59,205 nt of DNA from a virus (lineage: Duplodnaviria; Caudoviricetes), in the IMG/VR virus record IMGVR_UViG_3300026026_000125, positions 1 through 59,205 of that record. One strand, written 5' to 3'. Shown here piece by piece: positions 46,084 through 56,589 of the stretch. Within the stretch, counting starts at the first letter, position 1, and every line of letters starts with the position of its first letter. The position numbers and the translations under genes are program-made. The notes beneath the pieces were generated by a model. The model saw nothing but the letters and a program-made list of their open reading frames with translations. It was not told the origin of the DNA and did no database searches.

Positions 46084-46629
46084 TTATTTCTTTAAATCAT
46101 TGAAATATTTTTCCATAACATCGATCCCATGTTTCTTTTTTATTTCTTCAGGAAATTTTCTGGCTTCTGAAAATGTGAAAGGTTTATTTTTAAAGTTACC
46201 GCCTATACCGGTATAATCTCCGATAACAATATTTTCAGGATCATTGCTTTGTTTCAACACAGTTGGCCACGCAGGAACAGTGGCAAGTTTTTCATAATTT
46301 GGTGTAAATTCCTGTGGTAAATATGTCCGGCTTAATACCGGCCTTTCTTCTTCATCGCGGGAAATAGTCGTAAAATCGCTTTCATAAATTCCACCTGTTG
46401 GGGCTTTATCCGGTGATTTAGGCAGTTTGCTTACTAGATCATCGATACACTTATGGCATCCGTTCTTAATCATATCCTGCACTTCTAATTTGTATTTTGC
46501 AGGAATAATTGAAACATCGCCGTTAGAATTTCTTAACACGAGTTCGCCATTTTCGGCCTCAACTTCTATTGTATGTTCTGATTTTGGTTTTTCTTTAAAA
46601 AGATCGCCAACAAATTGATGTTTTTCCAT
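46084..46629 (-). CDS. Hypothetical virion-associated protein
   Basis: IEVEAENGELV motif. Confidence 0.65.
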   Translation of the reverse strand: MEKHQFVGDLFKEKPKSEHTIEVEAENGELVLRNSNGDVSIIPAKYKLEVQDMIKNGCHKCIDDLVSKLPKSPDKAPTGGIYESDFTTISRDEEERPVLSRTYLPQEFTPNYEKLATVPAWPTVLKQSNDPENIVIGDYTGIGGNFKNKPFTFSEARKFPEEIKKKHGIDVMEKYFNDLKK

Positions 46630-46631
46630 GA

Positions 46632-49600
46632 TTATGCTTTTAAATTATCTTCAACTTTTACTGTTCCTTTATCAATAGATAAATCAATGCCTCCCTGTTC
46701 GTGGGTTTTTCCATGTAATGACTCGATAATATTCCATTCACCGCCAGGCGTAAACCCAATTGTCATACCCTGTTCTGCTACAGGACATTTTTTTTCGAGT
46801 CTTTTCAAATAATCATCGAGTCTTTCGTCAGATATTTTTGGTAGCACATCGTTTAATTTCGATTGCTCATCTTTAGAAAGTCCTGATTTGTCAATAAACT
46901 CATCAATAGTCTTGGATTCGTTATATATGTTTTCTAATGATTTCAGTTTTTCAGAAAAACTCATATTTTCTTTAGCTATACCAGTAACTTCATTTTTGCC
47001 AGCTCTCACTATTTCTGCAAGTTCTTTATCGGTAAATGGAATATCCCGGCGTAACCTGGTATTGATAATTCCCCTTAATATGTCTACAAATTGCTGCCAT
47101 ATATTACGTTCTACCGGTGTCAAGTCTTTTTCTGAAAGAATCTTTTGAGAGAGAAACGCCATATATTCACGGCCTTTAGTGAAAGTATCTTCTTTTTCAT
47201 AAGCCTTGTAGGTTGAGCCAATGGTATTACCTTCAATCTGGTCTATTTCATCGGCAAGTTTTTTAAAACCTTCTTCTTTTACTGAATCATGAACCTTCAT
47301 GAAGAATTTAATATCATCAATTCCATTGTTTTTAAGGAACTGTTCTATACCTACATGCCCTATGGTTTCATGAATGAATATCTTTTCGGCTTCGAGTTCT
47401 GATTTTATCGTACCTGCGTTTAGATAAACACCTTCTTTGGTTTTAAACCCTTTGATATTTTCTTTTGTTTGCTCAATTATATTGACATTATGGACACTTT
47501 CGCCATTTTCTTTCATTATTTGGATAAGGTCAGTTTTGCTTGAGCCAACAAAAGAAACAGGTCCTAAAGGAGTTTTTTCATCTAGTTTTTGAACAAGATT
47601 CTTGGCATTGTTAATAAGTTGTTCTTTCTCAAATGGTATTGGCTCTGTAGACCGGTTAAACATCGGTTGGGATTCTAAGGCCATGCCTTTTATCTCAGGT
47701 GTTAACTCAACTGAATGAACGGTTAAATATTTACCTTCGGTAGATACTTTTGGTTCTCCTGTTTGCAAATCAATGCCTGAATCTGTTATTTCTGGTTTAA
47801 TATCAATTTCAGAAGTACCGGTTTTGGCTCCAAACTTTTTGAGATATTTATTTGTCCATGTGGGGAGAATCTGATCATAGAAGCCTTTCATTCCTTCGCC
47901 ACCAACTTTTAGGTCAAGGCCAGATAAAGCCTTAAATCCATTATTGTTTATTAATCCAAATTCTCCTTCATTTTTAACTATTTTTGACGCTATCTCTTTA
48001 CCCACAAAATCAGATAATTCGTTTTCATTTTGTGGTTGTTTTACGATAGGTAAATCTCCATTTTTAGGATATACAAAAACTTTAATTGGAAACTTACCTT
48101 TTTTTGTATTTTTATCTACCTCATAGGAAATTCTATCAACCTGTTTACTCAAATCATACCTACTAGCCTGAGTTTCCCCACTTGTCCATGTTACCACATC
48201 AAATCCATTTTCCGAAGCATAGCGTAAAGCCCATTTCATACCAAGCCCTACCCATTGATCGGTTTTCTTGAATGGCATAATGGGAACTTGTTTTTCAAAC
48301 TCTTTTAATTGATTGTTATATTTTATCTGATTATTTGAATTTATTAATTTAGCTAAATATTTTTTTGCTTCTTCGGAGCTGGAAACAACTCCTTTTCCAA
48401 CATAGTTTTTATTTTCGCTACCTTTTACTTTCCATTGATATTTATCTTCAACCAACTCAATATCTTCTGGTTTAGTTTCGGTATATATGGGTTTTTTGAT
48501 ATTGTTTTTAAATCCCTCTTTCTTCCCTTTCTGCGCCCAATCACTCTGAACTTCTTCCAAATTCAAAGCTTTCTTTCCGTCCTTGGTAGTAAATTCATTC
48601 ATACGAACATGAACGGCAATGTTTGGTTCGTCAAAGTGGGAGGATTTAAATTGACTTTTATCTTGACGGCTTAATTGTTTTTTATAATTTTCGATAGCGT
48701 TTTCTTCAGATGTGCCTTGATAATTACCGTCAAACTCATCATTAATATAAATGCCGTATATGTTTGATTTATTATTAATAACGCCAGATCTACGAGCTTT
48801 TATTTCTCCATCAATCTTTACTGGCAACGTCAATAATACCTCTTTGTAATTCTTTCCTCCTGGTGTGGTGTATTGGGAATATTTAGTGTTATCTGACGAT
48901 GTATTATTTACAAGATTGTCTAATTTATCCCATTCATACATTTCATCGCCAGTCAATTTATCGTAATTCGTGTTTAATTCATAGTATCTCTTACTTTGTT
49001 CCGGTGTAAGTTTACTGCCTTTCACCACCTCTTTCACCTCTACCTTATTTCCATCAATCCAATTTTTAATATCTTCTTTGGTTAAAGACTTTTTGTCTTT
49101 TGAAAATGAATCCCAATCCATCCAGTCAAGTTCGGATTCTTTGGAACCATTCTTTAATAACATGGCCTTCCATTGTTCGGGTGTTCCTTTTTCTTGCTTA
49201 ATGGAATTTAAAGCAAATTCGGTGTTGGAATAGAATGGATCGTATTTAGAGAAATTAATATCAGGATTATTAGTGTCGAATGTTCCTTTATTGTCTATTG
49301 ATTTAATTTGAGTAGGATCAAAAGGCATATATGAAATTCCTCTATCTACTACAGGTTGTCCATATCCACCTATGCCGCCTTCGTCTAATATAAATCCATC
49401 AAAATCATTAATATATCCCTTTTCTTGCATGAATGATTTTAAATTGTCAGCCTCTAACCAACCAGGAAGACCTTTGTCGGTCAGTCCCATTGCATAAGAA
49501 TAATATTCTGTTCCGTTATCGGAAGCAAATTCGTCAAATATTTCTTTTGCCCTTTCGTCTACCCTGGTATCAAATGGCTTTTCAATTTTCAAATAAACTT

Positions 49601-52600
49601 CATATGTTTTTGGATTAGTTAAGGGTCTTCTTGGGTTTCTGCTTGATGTTGCTGTGCTTTGATATACATCTGCATATTTTTTATTCGAAGTAAAAATCAT
49701 ATCAGGCTTAAATACCGAAAAGTCTCCAGTAGGTGTTCCGTGGTACATAACCAACGGCATCCCTTTTTCATCCACAACTTTACTATCTCCAAACCACTTC
49801 TTAAACTCAGGTGTTTCCGTTACATCTTTCTTGCTTTTACTAAACACAACTTCCGGTTTCGGAACTCTACCTTTTACAAAATAATCCTTTATATCCCCTA
49901 ATATTTTAGATGTTTCAGTTAATTTAGGATAGTTAACATAAGCATCTTCTTTACCTAAAAGTTCTAATTCTAACCTACCTTTGGTTTTGTCGAGATAATT
50001 TTTAATAGTATTAATCTGTTCAGGTGTAGGTGCTATAGATATTGCTAATCCTGCGGATTCAGGACGGACTAATATTGCACCACTATTGATAAACTCTTTT
50101 TTTGCATTTTCCGGCTTATTTTCAAATATTCTACCAATATCAGAATGGTTTAATATCCTCATAATCCTGCCATTGCTGAAATCTAGTATCGTTCCATCAG
50201 GAAGAACATAACCACCTTTGATTATTTCTTTGGTTGTCCCAAATTCTTTTTTGGCTTTTTCATGTAAAGGATTAACTTCGGGTATTTCCTGTTGTCCTGA
50301 AACTTTTTGTTCCTGGGAGGCAATCTCCTGGTTCTTTAATTCATCTCGATACCCCTGTCCTGAAATTTCTGTTTTTGTTTCTGTTGGAGGAAGTGGAGCA
50401 TTCTCAGTGATACCTCCTTCGGGGACAGTCCGGTCGCTGACACTATGTGGTTGATCAGCTTGTTGATATTCTGTTTCGTTTGTTCTCTCATAACCTATTA
50501 TTTCTTTTTGTTGCTCAGGCATGAACTCCAAATTTACAAATTCATCTTCTCCTTTTGCAAGTTTATTCCAATAATCTTGACTATTTATATCAAAGAGGTG
50601 ATTAATATCTTCAATATCTACTATCTCATTGGTGACTTTTTCATCAGGAAAAACTTCTTTTAATGGAATGAAAGTACGGTTAATTTCCTTTCCTTTTCCT
50701 TCAATATGTTCTACGCCTGATTTGTTAAACATATCAGTCATTGCATCTAACATGTCATTTGCCCGGGCTGATTTTTTGTTATTGGCAATATCATTTAAAG
50801 CGCCGGTTTTTTCTTTCCCGGTAACACCCCAATTTATGCCAGGAAGATTAACTATATCTGGATTAGAAATAGCTTTTTTGACGAATGATTGAAAACCTAC
50901 GTTATCGTAATCTGATAAAGATTTATGTGATTGAATTTCTTCAGATGAACGTTTAATTGGGATTGTCCGAATAGGTTTCTCTCCATTAGTGGCTATAAGA
51001 TTTCCACGCTTATCAGTTTGAATTAAATAATTTAATTCAGAAGCGGACCTGTTTATTTGTTGATATAATTTTGTCCTTTGACCTGACCTATTTTTTGGAA
51101 GTTCATTATATTCCCGTAATAACCCTATGAGTTTGTTGTGCTGCCCGGTTGAGTCTGTTGTTTTGACTTCCACTGGAGTGCTTTCCTGTACAGGTATTCC
51201 AGTTTGGCCGGTGTTGGTATTTTCACTGTTGTTTGCATTTATGTATTCTTTTACAAGGTTTACTTTCTGTTCTAGAGGTACATCGGTTTTAACATTTTCC
51301 GACATAATATTGTTAAAATCTTCAATATCAACAGGAGTATTTTTTACCAAATCCTTAATGGCTGGATTATATGTTTCCTGATCATATTTGAATATTTGAT
51401 CTTTAACAATATCAAGCATAGAATTAATTCTATCCTCTGGTGTTCCTTTTTCTCTTTGCTCATTAACGAAGTCATCTATCTCAGATTTGGACTCATTGAG
51501 TTTTTGAATGATATTTGGGTCAGTTGCTTTTTTATCATCTGAATACCAATCTCCATTCTTAAAAGAAAATTCACCCTCTCTGACATTAATAATATCACCA
51601 TGATTTACTTTTTGTTCAGGTGTTTGAAATACTCCACTTGTGCCAGTCTGCTTCTGGCTTGATGTAATGTTAGATTCGGTTTGCTCAGGTTCTTGCCCGA
51701 TTCGCTCACCACCTTGTACCCCTGTGATGTTTCTTTTATCATTTTTCTTCTCTCCTATTATTTTATAATCTAAACTTAAATCATCTTGTGGGTTCGCATC
51801 TACGACTTCCCATGTTAAACCTTTTCGTTCGTACAATTTATTGAGATTGTTTGCAATCTCTTCTGCCTGGCTGTTATCAAAAACACCATCTACGGAATAC
51901 TGATCGCCTTCTGATAAAATACTTATATTGCCTTCTTCTTTCCCTATTTTCATAGGAATAGTCTTAACAATTCTAGGTTTATCTATTTGCCGTGATTCGG
52001 GTGCGGTTTCATTTGGCTGATCTTGTGCGGAAGTTTCCTGAATTGGTATATTTTGTTCGGGCGTATTCTCTTTAGTTAATTCATCAACATTTGTCTCTTT
52101 GAAATCCTGAGTCTCATTATTGATTAAAGAAACATACCCATCGCCTGGGCGATATTCATCAACTTGATACTGGGCGCCTTTATAATTTACCTGTTGGCCT
52201 GGTTGAAATGGCAATGGATTTAAGATGTCATTAAGAGCTTTTGTTTTTAAATCATTATAATCGATAATTTGAGGCTTTTCAATAATATTTTCGGCTATAG
52301 GTTTATTGGTATCATTTATCGGATCATAGGCAATATATCCGCCGTCTGTCTTATCAATTAAATAAAGTTCATTTCCCTCATTGTCAGATGTACGATAAAT
52401 GTTCCCGTCTTTATTCCTGAGTTTACTATAAGTGTCGTCCAGGTCTTTGCCGGCAGCAACAAGTTTTATTTTATCAACCTGGACCTGTTTTTGTTCTTCC
52501 GGTATATCTTTTTCCTGAACAGATTTTATAGCTTCCTCCTGGTTATTGCTTAAATCATTGGAAACAACCCTTAAGTCAATAATAGCATCTATCATATTGG

Positions 52601-53981
52601 CTGAAGCGATATAACTTGCTTTTTTCTCCGGATCCTTTTCCGAATTTGATTTATTTAATAAGTCTTGTTGTTGTTGTCTTAAATCAGAAACAGATGTATT
52701 TAATTCGTTTGCCTTAACAATTAATTCTGCAGGAGAATTTTCAAACCTACTGATAGCCTTTTTCATAAGAAGTGATGAGGCAACCCCCGGAGCAGATAAT
52801 ACAGCGCCTAAAGCAGCCGAACTTGCTATTTCTTTTGAATCACCACCTTCTGCGGCTGTTAAACCTGCAAATAATCCGCCGTTTGTTAATGTATTGGCAA
52901 TCTGACCTGTTGTTTGGATTTTTGTTAATTTGCTTACAGCTTCTCCGGTTTTTCCAGCCGTAAACCCAAATAACTCCATGGTCAAACCTTCGTTTATACC
53001 TTGAGCTGTTGCTGAGGCAACATCTATTGGTGTGCCTCCCTCCGATGTAGCCTGTAATGCATTTTTTATACCAAATAACATTGGCATTTTCGGAAGCAAT
53101 GTGACAGCACCTCCCATTATTTTTATTTCCGGGGTTGCAAATAAAGGAAGAAAAAACCCGGTAGGCATCTGTGTTAATTGACTTACTACACTTCCTGTTA
53201 CCGTATTTGGTAAATCAGGCATTGGTTTCACATACCTTTCATGAATCCAATCAGCGGTTTTTTCAATTACCCCCTTTTCAGGTTCCATGCCCATAGCCTT
53301 ATATAAGGCACCATTTACTATTTTTTCAGCATTGGCCGATATACGTACTGTTTGCTCAGTACCAATATTTATATTTTTCAGAACACCAAGTCCCCAACTT
53401 GGAGGGTTTAGTACTTCATTAATTTTTGATTGTGATTCTCTTTTTATATTTAATTTACCCAACCAATCCTGTTGTTCTTTCTCAGATAGGATCCTGTTCG
53501 GATTATAATTTATGATCTCACTTTCCCTTGGTTTAATCTGATTTTTACTAATAAAATCAGCAACAGAAATTATATTTTCAACTTTTTCAGGCTCCGCAAG
53601 TTTTGTGATTTGTTCATCGGTTGGTTGTTTTAAATTTTCGGTAAATTTAGGGAATTGTGCCGTTGTAGGTTTAGAAATCCCGCCTGTACGTTTAGCGAAA
53701 TCCAATTCCCGTTCATGATCATCGACAGTTTTTTCAGGATTCAACAAGCTTTTTTTGTATTCATCAACTGAAAGTATGGGATCCGGTACTAAAGTTTGAA
53801 TTGCTTTGGGATAATTGATTTTAAACTTATCAATGTCTTTTAACTTTACACTTATGGGCTCGTTATCAACAATGAAATTAGTGGCCTGTTCAGCATTGGG
53901 ATAGTTCTTCTGAAAATCATTCAGATATTGTTCATCAACATCAACCGGTTCGTTATCTATAAAAAATGTTTTTTTAGGCAT
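46632..53981 (-). CDS. Large polyvalent (ejection) protein with ADP-ribosyltransferase-like and zincin metallopeptidase-like domains
   Basis: 2449 aa; FKKWFGDSKVVD...YHGT...IFTS...YEVYL (ART-like), HETIGH...E (zincin-like) and an EEVQSDW domain. Confidence 0.78.
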   Translation of the reverse strand: MPKKTFFIDNEPVDVDEQYLNDFQKNYPNAEQATNFIVDNEPISVKLKDIDKFKINYPKAIQTLVPDPILSVDEYKKSLLNPEKTVDDHERELDFAKRTGGISKPTTAQFPKFTENLKQPTDEQITKLAEPEKVENIISVADFISKNQIKPRESEIINYNPNRILSEKEQQDWLGKLNIKRESQSKINEVLNPPSWGLGVLKNINIGTEQTVRISANAEKIVNGALYKAMGMEPEKGVIEKTADWIHERYVKPMPDLPNTVTGSVVSQLTQMPTGFFLPLFATPEIKIMGGAVTLLPKMPMLFGIKNALQATSEGGTPIDVASATAQGINEGLTMELFGFTAGKTGEAVSKLTKIQTTGQIANTLTNGGLFAGLTAAEGGDSKEIASSAALGAVLSAPGVASSLLMKKAISRFENSPAELIVKANELNTSVSDLRQQQQDLLNKSNSEKDPEKKASYIASANMIDAIIDLRVVSNDLSNNQEEAIKSVQEKDIPEEQKQVQVDKIKLVAAGKDLDDTYSKLRNKDGNIYRTSDNEGNELYLIDKTDGGYIAYDPINDTNKPIAENIIEKPQIIDYNDLKTKALNDILNPLPFQPGQQVNYKGAQYQVDEYRPGDGYVSLINNETQDFKETNVDELTKENTPEQNIPIQETSAQDQPNETAPESRQIDKPRIVKTIPMKIGKEEGNISILSEGDQYSVDGVFDNSQAEEIANNLNKLYERKGLTWEVVDANPQDDLSLDYKIIGEKKNDKRNITGVQGGERIGQEPEQTESNITSSQKQTGTSGVFQTPEQKVNHGDIINVREGEFSFKNGDWYSDDKKATDPNIIQKLNESKSEIDDFVNEQREKGTPEDRINSMLDIVKDQIFKYDQETYNPAIKDLVKNTPVDIEDFNNIMSENVKTDVPLEQKVNLVKEYINANNSENTNTGQTGIPVQESTPVEVKTTDSTGQHNKLIGLLREYNELPKNRSGQRTKLYQQINRSASELNYLIQTDKRGNLIATNGEKPIRTIPIKRSSEEIQSHKSLSDYDNVGFQSFVKKAISNPDIVNLPGINWGVTGKEKTGALNDIANNKKSARANDMLDAMTDMFNKSGVEHIEGKGKEINRTFIPLKEVFPDEKVTNEIVDIEDINHLFDINSQDYWNKLAKGEDEFVNLEFMPEQQKEIIGYERTNETEYQQADQPHSVSDRTVPEGGITENAPLPPTETKTEISGQGYRDELKNQEIASQEQKVSGQQEIPEVNPLHEKAKKEFGTTKEIIKGGYVLPDGTILDFSNGRIMRILNHSDIGRIFENKPENAKKEFINSGAILVRPESAGLAISIAPTPEQINTIKNYLDKTKGRLELELLGKEDAYVNYPKLTETSKILGDIKDYFVKGRVPKPEVVFSKSKKDVTETPEFKKWFGDSKVVDEKGMPLVMYHGTPTGDFSVFKPDMIFTSNKKYADVYQSTATSSRNPRRPLTNPKTYEVYLKIEKPFDTRVDERAKEIFDEFASDNGTEYYSYAMGLTDKGLPGWLEADNLKSFMQEKGYINDFDGFILDEGGIGGYGQPVVDRGISYMPFDPTQIKSIDNKGTFDTNNPDINFSKYDPFYSNTEFALNSIKQEKGTPEQWKAMLLKNGSKESELDWMDWDSFSKDKKSLTKEDIKNWIDGNKVEVKEVVKGSKLTPEQSKRYYELNTNYDKLTGDEMYEWDKLDNLVNNTSSDNTKYSQYTTPGGKNYKEVLLTLPVKIDGEIKARRSGVINNKSNIYGIYINDEFDGNYQGTSEENAIENYKKQLSRQDKSQFKSSHFDEPNIAVHVRMNEFTTKDGKKALNLEEVQSDWAQKGKKEGFKNNIKKPIYTETKPEDIELVEDKYQWKVKGSENKNYVGKGVVSSSEEAKKYLAKLINSNNQIKYNNQLKEFEKQVPIMPFKKTDQWVGLGMKWALRYASENGFDVVTWTSGETQASRYDLSKQVDRISYEVDKNTKKGKFPIKVFVYPKNGDLPIVKQPQNENELSDFVGKEIASKIVKNEGEFGLINNNGFKALSGLDLKVGGEGMKGFYDQILPTWTNKYLKKFGAKTGTSEIDIKPEITDSGIDLQTGEPKVSTEGKYLTVHSVELTPEIKGMALESQPMFNRSTEPIPFEKEQLINNAKNLVQKLDEKTPLGPVSFVGSSKTDLIQIMKENGESVHNVNIIEQTKENIKGFKTKEGVYLNAGTIKSELEAEKIFIHETIGHVGIEQFLKNNGIDDIKFFMKVHDSVKEEGFKKLADEIDQIEGNTIGSTYKAYEKEDTFTKGREYMAFLSQKILSEKDLTPVERNIWQQFVDILRGIINTRLRRDIPFTDKELAEIVRAGKNEVTGIAKENMSFSEKLKSLENIYNESKTIDEFIDKSGLSKDEQSKLNDVLPKISDERLDDYLKRLEKKCPVAEQGMTIGFTPGGEWNIIESLHGKTHEQGGIDLSIDKGTVKVEDNLKA

Positions 53982-53982
53982 G

Positions 53983-54870
53983 TTATTCTATTTTTCCAGT
54001 CGCAGGATTAAACACTTTTCTTTTCTTTGTTTTAACGGGTGTTTCGATATTCGAATTCTCATCAGGTATTCCAAAGCCAGCCGAATCATTATGGGATATT
54101 TCGGTAGCCCTTATAGTCCTTTTATATCCTTTACTTAAAGCTTTGGCGATAATTACAGATTTTCTTCCTTCAACATCTTTCGGGTCAATTTGAGACAATT
54201 CGATATCCAGTTCTTTTTGAACTGAAGGGTCTGATTTTAAATCAGACAAAGCCGTGTTATACACATTGTCATAATTCGTTGGTGTATATTCATGTAGGCC
54301 CGTAGTCGTTTTGATGTATTTCATGCTTGGCGATGGGTGCCACTGTGCTTCTTTGTCCGGTTTATTAAGTTTTTGTTTTTTCAGGTCCATTTCCTGTTCC
54401 CACTGGGTTTGTTTTTGTTTTAATGATTCTTGTTCAGCCTTTCGTCTTCTCCATTCATTATATCCACCGGTCATTAAATTAAACATATCCCGGGCATATT
54501 GCTGTTGTTCCTGACCTGCCAGTTTTCTGTTTTTATCCATCTCGTCCCAATAAGCAAAATTATATTTTGAGGGGTCAGTATTTCTCATTTGATTACCGGC
54601 CAAGCCTCCGATTATTCCGGTAAGTGTTAAAAGTCCTGATCCTATGTTCTGCATCTTTGCATATTTGCCCAATTTCTCTTCCTTACTGGTGTCTACCGGT
54701 TGAGGTTTTAAATACTTATTGTACCATGTCAATGGAAGATACTCATTTGGATTATATTCGTCAGGAGTAGAGATAGATGTAGTATCTACAGGCTTTTTAA
54801 CTTCTTTGGTTGTCTCTGTTTTTGTTTTATAAACAGGATTACCGGCGTATATATCTTCAAGATCTGACAT
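53983..54870 (-). CDS. Internal virion/ejection protein
   Basis: Gly-rich hydrophobic segment plus Q/E coiled coil; position. Confidence 0.6.
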   Translation of the reverse strand: MSDLEDIYAGNPVYKTKTETTKEVKKPVDTTSISTPDEYNPNEYLPLTWYNKYLKPQPVDTSKEEKLGKYAKMQNIGSGLLTLTGIIGGLAGNQMRNTDPSKYNFAYWDEMDKNRKLAGQEQQQYARDMFNLMTGGYNEWRRRKAEQESLKQKQTQWEQEMDLKKQKLNKPDKEAQWHPSPSMKYIKTTTGLHEYTPTNYDNVYNTALSDLKSDPSVQKELDIELSQIDPKDVEGRKSVIIAKALSKGYKRTIRATEISHNDSAGFGIPDENSNIETPVKTKKRKVFNPATGKIE

Positions 54871-55535
54871 TATGCTAAATTTTGAGAATTTGAACCTACT
54901 ACATCAGGAGAAACCTCCCCGGTATCTCCTTTTTTCTTTTTAAGTAACCCGGATAAACCTGACCCCTGGGAGAATAAACTTGATCCTGTTCCTAATGCGT
55001 TTTGTGAAAACTGGTCCCAACCGGCAGCAGCTTCCCCATGTGTTCCTATATCTCCCATCATCAATCCCATTTGTCTGTTTTCAAGATTTTGTCCCATGGC
55101 GTCTAATTCTGATTGCTGTTGGTTTTTTTCTTGCCTCAACCTTGTTTTATATGCAGTGCCTTTTCCGGCAAGATCACTAGTCGTTTCAGCCACAGTCTCA
55201 TTAAGATTTGCATTGTTGGCTAATTGTGATTCTTCGCTTGCTCCTGTCACGGCTGCAATATCAGCCATTCTTTTCTGTGATTCCTGTTGGTTCTTTCGAA
55301 GTGCAGATAACGCACTTCTGGCCTCAGATGTGTCAAGATAATCTTTATTGCTCTCCCCTGTATAAAAGGCATTTAATTCATCCCCTCTTTCTTTTAGTTT
55401 ATTACCTTGTTCGTCAAGTTTTGCATAAGCCTGTCGGAGGATTTTTCGTTGGGCCTTACGCTCTTTAGCGCCTTTAATCTGGCCAAAAATTGCGCCTCCT
55501 ATACCTACGGCTGTTCCTGCTAATGATATTGGCAT
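54870..55535 (-). CDS. Internal virion/ejection protein
   Basis: G/A-rich N-terminus and coiled coil typical of pilot proteins. Confidence 0.65.
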   Translation of the reverse strand: MPISLAGTAVGIGGAIFGQIKGAKERKAQRKILRQAYAKLDEQGNKLKERGDELNAFYTGESNKDYLDTSEARSALSALRKNQQESQKRMADIAAVTGASEESQLANNANLNETVAETTSDLAGKGTAYKTRLRQEKNQQQSELDAMGQNLENRQMGLMMGDIGTHGEAAAGWDQFSQNALGTGSSLFSQGSGLSGLLKKKKGDTGEVSPDVVGSNSQNLA

Positions 55536-55536
55536 G

Positions 55537-55995
55537 TTATTTAAATTTAAATTTTAAAACAATCTTATCGTTATAAACTATACTATCGACTATAAGGCCG
55601 CCATTTCTATTGAAATACCCTATAGTCTTATAATTTGTATTATAAATAAATGATGAAAACTCTCCGTAAATTGATTTTAATTGATTGATAAATTCCTTGG
55701 AATATTCTCTTCTAAATTGTTTTCGGATGTAAAATGTCCTCAACACAATCCCGGTATCAACTATATTCCCTTTGTTTATTGCAAAAAAGCCTATAATATC
55801 ATTTTCAAGAAATATCTTGTAGAAATTGGCTATATTTCCTGTACAATCAGTTTCTTTAAGTTTTTCAACGGTATCTTTTACACAAGCTTCTGGGGTTTTA
55901 ACATCAATGACATAAACATCCTGTACATGCTCAGGGTCTTCCTTATAACACTGTAAAATGAAATACTTATCTATCTTACCTATAATGAATTCCAT
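55537..55995 (-). CDS. GNAT acetyltransferase-like protein
   Basis: IIGFF...FYIRKQFRR...NYKTIGYFNRNG; adjacent to the ejection genes. Confidence 0.65.
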   Translation of the reverse strand: MEFIIGKIDKYFILQCYKEDPEHVQDVYVIDVKTPEACVKDTVEKLKETDCTGNIANFYKIFLENDIIGFFAINKGNIVDTGIVLRTFYIRKQFRREYSKEFINQLKSIYGEFSSFIYNTNYKTIGYFNRNGGLIVDSIVYNDKIVLKFKFK

Positions 55996-56100
55996 AGTTG
56001 ATTAAAATATTTGAAAAATACTATCAAATTTGAAATATAAATTATTCATTATGCAAGATAATAATATGATTATGTAACTTTTATCTAGCGTTTTTATTGA

Positions 56101-56108
56101 TAGATTTG
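56101..56108 (+). promoter_or_regulatory. Bacteroidota -7 promoter box
   Basis: TAGATTTG 4 nt before the ATG at 56113. Confidence 0.5.
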
Positions 56109-56112
56109 CGAT

Positions 56113-56589
56113 ATGTCAAGAAAAACATATTCATATGAGGAAAAGGTGAGGGCTTTAAAGATGCTTGAATCCCTTGATTTTAATACCACGAAAGCATCGA
56201 AAGTACTACACATCTCAAGGATAGCCCTTGAAAGTTGGGAGGAGAAGTTAGGCGATAAGGTTTTTAAGAAAGATAGAGAAGAAAAGATAATCAAGGAAAT
56301 CGTTGATGAGTTCGATGCTGAAAAAAAGAAGTTTGTCGAAAAAGCCTGGGAACTTAAGGGCGAAATCCTATATAGAATTAAAAAATTAATACCTGGTGAA
56401 AAGAGTTTATTCACACTTGCGACAGTTCTTAAGGTTATTCATGAAGTGACCGAATCAAAGTCGTTCTTACCTCTTGATGAGAGTTCTCCTGAAATCTCAG
56501 TCTTTCAGCAAATAAATCAACAAATCACAAATAACTTAGAAAATGTTCACAAGATTAAATCTAAAGGGAAGAAGCAGGTCGATCCGTGA
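56113..56589 (+). CDS. N-terminal HTH protein, candidate terminase small subunit
   Basis: YSYEEKVRAL...ASKVLHISRIALESW HTH followed by a helical region. Confidence 0.55.
   Translation: MSRKTYSYEEKVRALKMLESLDFNTTKASKVLHISRIALESWEEKLGDKVFKKDREEKIIKEIVDEFDAEKKKFVEKAWELKGEILYRIKKLIPGEKSLFTLATVLKVIHEVTESKSFLPLDESSPEISVFQQINQQITNNLENVHKIKSKGKKQVDP

Noticed and set aside
46427-55956. Many short plus-strand ORFs
   Set aside because: Antisense shadows of long minus-strand genes with no motifs; the same applies to similar shadows elsewhere.
56113-56589. IS transposase
   Set aside because: HTH only, with no DDE partner or terminal inverted repeats.
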